Shown piece by piece: positions 58,193-64,000 of a stretch of DNA of 64,000 nucleotides. The position numbers and the translations under genes were made by a program. The stretch covers positions 1 to 64,000 of the forward strand of contig JBBSVO010000007.1 of NCBI GenBank assembly GCA_038046805.1, in the 5' to 3' direction. Each line of letters starts with the position of its first letter. The stretch's first letter is position 1. The notes under the pieces were generated by a model, which worked only from the letters and a program-made list of their open reading frames with translations, did not search any database and was not told where the DNA came from. Origin of the DNA: Candidatus Micrarchaeota archaeon. Its GTDB lineage: Archaea > Micrarchaeota > Micrarchaeia > Anstonellales > Bilamarchaeaceae.

Positions 58193-59791
58193 ATGGCCCT
58201 CACCCAAACTCCCCGCGCATACCAGCTCGCGATTTACGAGTCTATAATTCAGAATGGGAATACGCTAGTTGTACTCCCGACGGGATTAGGCAAGACGCTC
58301 ATTGCACTCATGCTTATCCAGCAAAAAATGAACGAAGGCAGTGGAAAATGCCTCTTTCTAAGTCCGACAAAACCATTGGGAAAGCAGCATTACAGCTCGG
58401 TCATGAAAACCCTTGGACTTGGCGAAGATGTGGTTGCATTGATAAGCGGAGAAATCTCCCCGAAAATGCGCGCGGAACAATACAAAAAATCCGTGATTGT
58501 GTCGACGCCGCAGACGATTCGGAACGATATTGAAAAGAATATTTTTGATCCGCACTCGGTCTCGCTTCTGATTGTGGATGAATGTCATCGAGGAATTGGT
58601 AAATACGCATATACATCTGTTGCTGAAGCAGTTCGTGAAAACGCATTGATTGTCGGATTAACTGCATCCCCAGGCGGAAAGCGCGAGCGGATTAAGGAAG
58701 TTCTTGACACCCTCTTCCTAACGAATGTGGAAATCCGAACGCATACTGACCCGGACGTTGTACCGTATGTCCAAAAGTCAAACGTCAGACAAATTTTCGT
58801 AGCGCTTTCCCCTGCCCTGAAGAAAATAAAGGACGCGCTCCACAAACTTATCTCCGAATACGCGCAGCGGATGGGCGGGATGGGTTTCCCACCACCAATT
58901 AAATCAAAGGGATTATTCATGAAAATGCGTGAACGGATTATTGCAATCCCGCACGCAATAAAGTACCCTCTTTTGTTGAATTATTTCGCCTTAATGAATC
59001 TTCTTCATATGGAAGAGCTACTGGAGACACAGGGCGTGCACGCATTACGGGAATACCTCAAAAAGTTTGATGAAAAGGAAGGAAAATCCGCTGCAGCATT
59101 GAAAAAAAGAAGGGAATTCACAGAACTCCTCAGAATGTGCGAAACAACAGAGGAGCATCCGAAACTCGGTATTCTGGTAAACCTCTTCAAGAACGAACTT
59201 ACTGGAAAAAAAGCGATCGTGTTCGCGCAATACCGCTCGCAGATTGGAAAGATTGTTGATGAGTTAAAAAAGAATGGGATAGCCGCACGCCAGTTCGTCG
59301 GAAAAAAAGATGGTGTAACAAGAAAGATTCAGGAAGAGACTATTGCGGAATTCCGGGAGGGGGTATTCAACGTGCTGGTCGCGTCATCAATCGGAGAAGA
59401 AGGATTAGACATTCCAGCTGTTGATTCAGTCGTATTTTATGAGCCGATTCCGAGCGAAATACGGTCTATCCAGCGCAGGGGAAGAGCCGGGCGGTTCAAA
59501 GAAGGAGAAATAATCATCCTCGTAACACGCGGAACACGGGACGAATATTATCATTGGTCATCTTTCAACAGGGAAAAAAGGATGAAACATATTATTACTT
59601 CGATGCAGGGGAAGAAGAAAACCGAACGGGTTACTGTGGAAAATGTGGAAAAGAAAAAAATAGAAACAAAAATTGAGCCGCAAAATTCTGAACCGGGGGA
59701 TCGAAATTCGAAACTCAAAACACGGGACTCAAAACCAAAGGCCCGCAAATCCGGTCAGACTTCATTGTCTACTTTTTTGGATGATAAGTGA
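58193..59791 (+). CDS. Hef/FANCM-like SF2 helicase (helicase region only)
   Basis: PRAYQ, LPTGLGKT, VDECHR, LTASPG, EEGLDIP, SIQRRGRAGR; ends in PIP-like QTSLSTFL. Confidence 0.93.
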   Translation: MALTQTPRAYQLAIYESIIQNGNTLVVLPTGLGKTLIALMLIQQKMNEGSGKCLFLSPTKPLGKQHYSSVMKTLGLGEDVVALISGEISPKMRAEQYKKSVIVSTPQTIRNDIEKNIFDPHSVSLLIVDECHRGIGKYAYTSVAEAVRENALIVGLTASPGGKRERIKEVLDTLFLTNVEIRTHTDPDVVPYVQKSNVRQIFVALSPALKKIKDALHKLISEYAQRMGGMGFPPPIKSKGLFMKMRERIIAIPHAIKYPLLLNYFALMNLLHMEELLETQGVHALREYLKKFDEKEGKSAAALKKRREFTELLRMCETTEEHPKLGILVNLFKNELTGKKAIVFAQYRSQIGKIVDELKKNGIAARQFVGKKDGVTRKIQEETIAEFREGVFNVLVASSIGEEGLDIPAVDSVVFYEPIPSEIRSIQRRGRAGRFKEGEIIILVTRGTRDEYYHWSSFNREKRMKHIITSMQGKKKTERVTVENVEKKKIETKIEPQNSEPGDRNSKLKTRDSKPKARKSGQTSLSTFLDDK

Positions 59792-60134
59792 ATGAATTGG
59801 AGGGTAATGCCGTGCCGTCTGAAAACGTACGTATTCTCGCCTTCAAAATGCCCAGTGCTTCTCCAGATGTCAATTTTCCTGAATCAAGAACAGATACAAG
59901 TTGCTGGTAAGTTCCATGCTCTGTAAGAATACTTACAAACATCTCTTGGGCCTTGTCTGTCAATGTTCCGCTTTTCAAAAGCCTTGATGCCACGATTGCT
60001 TTTTCAGTGCCAGAACTGAGCCGATCGATTAATCCATTCGCATGCGCTATTGCAATTCCCTCGATAATGCCCCTTGCCGCTGTGCCAATAGAACCTGCCC
60101 TTTCTTGAACCGGAGTAACTACTATTTGCATCAT
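59769..60134 (-). CDS. Hypothetical protein
   Basis: 121-aa ORF with GAGGG RBS; similar to 728..1015. Confidence 0.6.
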   Translation of the reverse strand: MMQIVVTPVQERAGSIGTAARGIIEGIAIAHANGLIDRLSSGTEKAIVASRLLKSGTLTDKAQEMFVSILTEHGTYQQLVSVLDSGKLTSGEALGILKARIRTFSDGTALPSNSFTYHPKK

Positions 60135-60151
60135 GTCTATCCCTCAAAGTA

Positions 60152-61108
60152 TTATCTTGTTTGTGCCCTCAACCTTTCAATCAATGCCTGAACCTCTTGG
60201 TCTTTTCCTATAGTTGCCATGCCAAAGCCATATGGAAACAATAACCTGGGCGTAGTTTGGTGAATAACCCTCAAAGCAGGATCTGTGATAAAAACTATTC
60301 CACTATCCAGCTTGTGTAATACATCAAATATATCAAATATTCGCTGGCGCTCAAGCCCGCTTAGGTCAGCAGTATTTGGTATCAGCGCGATCGCAGTTAT
60401 ATCAACATCTCCTGCTGCAACAGCAGCTGAAATAGCTGACGCAAGCGCGCTAGTCGGATGATAAGAGGCAGTATCAACCCTTGCACCCATATAGACCTTT
60501 TCTTTTGCAGTCAATACTGCTGCGCCTTCGCGCAAACCCGGCTCAAGAACAAACCCTTTTTGGAATGAATAGGATGCTGCGCGCAGCAATAATTGTTCGT
60601 GATAGGAGAGATTATTCAAAAACGCCATTCTAAACGTATTTGGCAATAATTGAGTTAATGTTAAGATATCAACATCGCCATTTACATTTGCTGCGAGTAT
60701 GTCTGTATTTCCTGGAAAAAATGTGCTTAAATAATCTCTGCAATCGCCGCATGGTGTGACCGGACCCGATGCATCACCGATTACTGCAATAACAACCGTA
60801 TCCCCCGCACTCGAATCGCGGAGAATCTTATCGGCTGCTGACATCTCTGCGTGTAATGCCCTTGCTGTTGCTTGTCTATAACCTGCTCCGTATTCCGAAT
60901 TGCTTCCTAATCCAAGCTGACCAGTAGCAGTATTGAGAATCGCGCAACCGACCTTAAAACCGGAGTGAAAAGGTTGTGCCTTCGCCATCTCGAAAAGCGC
61001 CTCATTCAGAGTACGCTCATAAAGCGGAAGTGCTGCTGCCTGGTGCGGCATCAATGCGGTCCTAAATCTCCAAACATGTCTCAATAAAATCACGTCCCCA
61101 ATGACCAT
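60152..61108 (-). CDS. Two-domain cytidine deaminase-like protein
   Basis: HAE...PCGDCR active domain plus a degenerate second domain lacking Zn ligands. Confidence 0.85.
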   Translation of the reverse strand: MVIGDVILLRHVWRFRTALMPHQAAALPLYERTLNEALFEMAKAQPFHSGFKVGCAILNTATGQLGLGSNSEYGAGYRQATARALHAEMSAADKILRDSSAGDTVVIAVIGDASGPVTPCGDCRDYLSTFFPGNTDILAANVNGDVDILTLTQLLPNTFRMAFLNNLSYHEQLLLRAASYSFQKGFVLEPGLREGAAVLTAKEKVYMGARVDTASYHPTSALASAISAAVAAGDVDITAIALIPNTADLSGLERQRIFDIFDVLHKLDSGIVFITDPALRVIHQTTPRLLFPYGFGMATIGKDQEVQALIERLRAQTR

Positions 61109-61237
61109 ATTATTCTATTCTAGTACTGACTATTCGGGATATTTACTGGCTATTCTAACGCAAATATATATCTAGTAACACTTTTTAAACATTATGAAAC
61201 AAAATGGTATTAGCAACAATTACTCAGAGGTAGGAAT

Positions 61238-61648
61238 ATGACTCAAAAACAATTGGCGCGTAAAACCACGAAATCAGGACGAACTAGTGTCCCATCTCCG
61301 TTTAAGATGATAGTACCGTCAGAGAACATGCATATACTTAAGTTATGCCTTACTGAAGGCGTATTCGAAAGTAATCTTGATGAGGCCTTCAGACCAGGAC
61401 CTGCGAGACGACTCTCAGATGGCGACGTCATGAAAGGATATGGAAACGAGGGAGTATTCTTTGATACAGGAACCAAACAGTTCACCTGTTGCCGTATAGA
61501 TTTTGATAGGGGAATCATAGTCAAAGCACAGTTGAGCGAAACTGCCAGAAAACGATTCGTAAGGGACTTCGTAAGAGATGCAAGGAAAGACCCCGAACTG
61601 CAGAAAATAGTTGAGCAGCACTCGGATGTGTTCAGACTGGGATTATGA
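61238..61648 (+). CDS. Hypothetical protein
   Basis: 136-aa ORF with GAGGT RBS. Confidence 0.65.
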   Translation: MTQKQLARKTTKSGRTSVPSPFKMIVPSENMHILKLCLTEGVFESNLDEAFRPGPARRLSDGDVMKGYGNEGVFFDTGTKQFTCCRIDFDRGIIVKAQLSETARKRFVRDFVRDARKDPELQKIVEQHSDVFRLGL

Positions 61649-61733
61649 CTTTGTCTCAGTGGAAATCTACGGATTTTTAACCTCTTTTATTCTCAATAAA
61701 CGTATTCAACAATTTCTCAATCAGGTGATTCAG

Positions 61734-63536
61734 ATGGCAGATACTCACACCCGCTCTCCGATAATAGCAACACTTGGACACGTAGACCACGGAAAAACTA
61801 CACTTCTTGACGCCCTCAGAGGCTCCAGTGTGGCAAAGAGAGAGGCGGGTGGAATAACCCAGATGATCGGAGCAAGTTATCTTTCACAGGAAGATCTCAA
61901 AGAAGTAAGTAAAAAAGTATCCGATAGGACAAAATTTGAGTTAAAAATACCCGGTCTTCTTTTCATAGACACGCCCGGACATGCAGCATTCACTAATTTG
62001 CGCGAGCGTGGTGGCTCCATCGCAGACCTTGCAATTCTTGTAATTGATGTAACCAATGGAATTCAGCCACAGACTGAGGAAAGCATTCGCATTCTAAGAC
62101 AATACAAAACTCCGTTCATAATTGCTGCAAATAAGATTGATGCGATACATGGATGGAAATCCCAAAAAACAGAGTCATTTTTTGAATCCCTTGAAAAACA
62201 GCAGGAAGGCGTGAAGAACAAACTGGATGAAAAACTGTACGAGATAGTCGGCAGGCTTTCGGAAATCGGAATGGAAAGCGAAAGATTTGACAGGGTTCCT
62301 GACTTCAGAACACAGGTTGGAATCGTACCAGTCAGTGCAAAAACCCGTGAGGGAATAGGCGAACTGATTATGCTGATTGCCGGATTATCCCAAAAATTCC
62401 TTGAGAATGACCTAAAATTCGAGGTAAGCGGAAGGGCAAAGGGAAGCATTATTGAGGTAAAGGAAGAACGCGGACTTGGGACCACCATCGATGTCATAGT
62501 GTACGACGGCGTCCTGAGAAAAGGTGATGAAATAATGTTTCTCACTGCAGATGGCGCGAAAACAACCAAGGTACGTGCATTATTAGAACCAAATATTTCA
62601 ATGAATAATCCAAACGAAAAGTATACATACGTAGATGAGGTTGTTGCAGCAGGAGGAGTAAAGATATTCGCTCCTGGTTTGGAAGACGCAATTCCGGGTT
62701 CTCCGTTCACGGCAACGAATAGCGAAAACATCGAAGCAGACAAAAAAGAGCTTGAAGAAAAAATGAAGCAGATACTTGTTGAAAGAAATGAAAATGGAGT
62801 TATTGTACGCGCAGATTCTCTTGGTTCTGTGGAAGCACTTGTAAAACTTCTTGAAGAGGAAAAAATACCTGTAAAGGATGCAAAGGTTGGAAGAGTAACA
62901 AGAAAAGATGTTCTGGAAGCGCAGGCAGTTGTAAGAGAGGATAGATACCTTGGTGTGATTCTTGCTTTCAATGTTGAAACACTGCCGGAAGCAAAGGAAG
63001 AATCTGAAAAGGACGGAATCCCAATTCTCTGGAGCAATATCATATACTCACTCATTGACCGATATAAAGAATGGGTGGCAGAAGAAAAAGAGAAAGAGAA
63101 AAAACTCGCACTGGAAAAATTCCCATGGCCTGGAAAAATAAAAATTCTCTCTGGATGCTGCTTTAGAATCTGTAAACCAGCAGTGTTTGGAATAGAAGTG
63201 CTTGGGGGAAGAATAAAAAGCGGGTTCAGATTGATGAACCGGAATGGAGACATTGTGGGAGAGATAAAAACAATTCAACATGAAAAAGAATCTCTTATCG
63301 AAGCAAAGTCGGGGATGCAGGTTGCGATTTCCTGCGATGATATTTATTTCGGGAAAACAGTCTGCGAAGGCGATGTTCTTTATGTGTTCATGACAAGCGA
63401 TGAGTTGAAGATATGGGGAGAGAGACTAGAGATGCTAAGCAAAGAAGACATTCCGGTTATAAATGAAATAGAAGGAATTCATAATAAGGATTCCCCATTT
63501 GCGACTTTTCATACGAAAGAACAGGTGGAGGAATGA
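61734..63536 (+). CDS. infB: Translation initiation factor aIF5B (IF-2)
   Basis: RSPII..LGHVDHGKTTLLD, EAGGITQ, DTPGH, NKID; GGTGA RBS before ATG 61734. Confidence 0.98.
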   Translation: MADTHTRSPIIATLGHVDHGKTTLLDALRGSSVAKREAGGITQMIGASYLSQEDLKEVSKKVSDRTKFELKIPGLLFIDTPGHAAFTNLRERGGSIADLAILVIDVTNGIQPQTEESIRILRQYKTPFIIAANKIDAIHGWKSQKTESFFESLEKQQEGVKNKLDEKLYEIVGRLSEIGMESERFDRVPDFRTQVGIVPVSAKTREGIGELIMLIAGLSQKFLENDLKFEVSGRAKGSIIEVKEERGLGTTIDVIVYDGVLRKGDEIMFLTADGAKTTKVRALLEPNISMNNPNEKYTYVDEVVAAGGVKIFAPGLEDAIPGSPFTATNSENIEADKKELEEKMKQILVERNENGVIVRADSLGSVEALVKLLEEEKIPVKDAKVGRVTRKDVLEAQAVVREDRYLGVILAFNVETLPEAKEESEKDGIPILWSNIIYSLIDRYKEWVAEEKEKEKKLALEKFPWPGKIKILSGCCFRICKPAVFGIEVLGGRIKSGFRLMNRNGDIVGEIKTIQHEKESLIEAKSGMQVAISCDDIYFGKTVCEGDVLYVFMTSDELKIWGERLEMLSKEDIPVINEIEGIHNKDSPFATFHTKEQVEE

Positions 63537-64000
63537 GTACAAGAAGACAGGTGTTGAAAGCCTCCGCATACGCTACACTGGCTGCAGCTACCGCCCCGTT
63601 CGCGGCTATTCTGAGATGCTATGCCCCAGAAAACCAAAAACCAGCAAAGCGGATCGGAACGTTTGAGGAATCCGCAAAGGCAACCATCGAATGGATAAAA
63701 AATGGCAAGTTTAGCTTAAGTCTTCTGGATGAAGTAGAACGATTCAGAAATGAATTAGAATTCGAGCTAGATAGAGATATCCATGCTGCACTGGAACAGT
63801 TAAGGAAGCGGATTGGCAAAAATGGAAACCAGCAGAAAGCAGATGTAAGCGAGAGTGTTGAAGCTGGTGGATACGTTCTTGACATTAATACGATTAATTC
63901 ACATCTGACATTTGTTTTCGGAAAGGTAAAAACACGTGGAAAAGTCGGACCGTACGATGTTTATCTCCTGGAAGAGACTGAAATTGCATACAGCCACTCA
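63533..64000 (+). CDS. Hypothetical protein with a twin-arginine-like N-terminus; runs off the window
   Basis: ATGA overlap with the infB stop; MSTRRQVLKASAYATLAAATAPFAA...; open to the window end. Confidence 0.7.
   Translation, partial: MSTRRQVLKASAYATLAAATAPFAAILRCYAPENQKPAKRIGTFEESAKATIEWIKNGKFSLSLLDEVERFRNELEFELDRDIHAALEQLRKRIGKNGNQQKADVSESVEAGGYVLDINTINSHLTFVFGKVKTRGKVGPYDVYLLEETEIAYSHS

Noticed and set aside
62063..63253. 396-aa antisense ORF within infB
   Set aside because: It mirrors the coding frame of a highly conserved gene and has the Ser/Phe-rich composition typical of shadow ORFs.

Overview
This is a 64-kb stretch of an archaeal chromosome. A DPANN lineage, probably Micrarchaeota-like, is inferred from the gene repertoire, GAGGTG/GGTGA ribosome-binding sites, TATA-box promoters and multi-intron tRNAs. 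The housekeeping backbone includes dys, hppA, pdxS, tmk, pyrB/pyrI/pyrD, purH, the GINS-L44e-S27e-aIF2a-Nop10-PAC2 cluster, S10/eL41, L1-L10-L12, R15P isomerase and AMP phosphorylase, PolB, Pus10, korAB, a Hef-like helicase and aIF5B. It is peppered with accessory and orphan genes. Two tRNAs carry several introns: Glu(UUC) has 2 and Tyr(GUA) has 3. Top observations: (1) a free-standing intergenic copy of the tRNA-Tyr T-loop intron sits in the tmk/pyrB promoter region between exact 18-bp direct repeats, the two D-loop introns share termini, and other small inserts are also bounded by 18-22-bp duplications, which together suggest mobile tRNA-intron-like elements; (2) a coupled cassette of a MoaA/viperin-like radical SAM enzyme, a CMPK2-like nucleotide kinase and a GreA-like protein is a candidate nucleotide-modifying (possibly antiviral) system; (3) an Lrp-regulated locus contains a 24-aa peptide ORF, a GCS2-like ligase, an AblB-like GNAT and an M20 peptidase. 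All family assignments come from motif recognition by eye. No searches were run.
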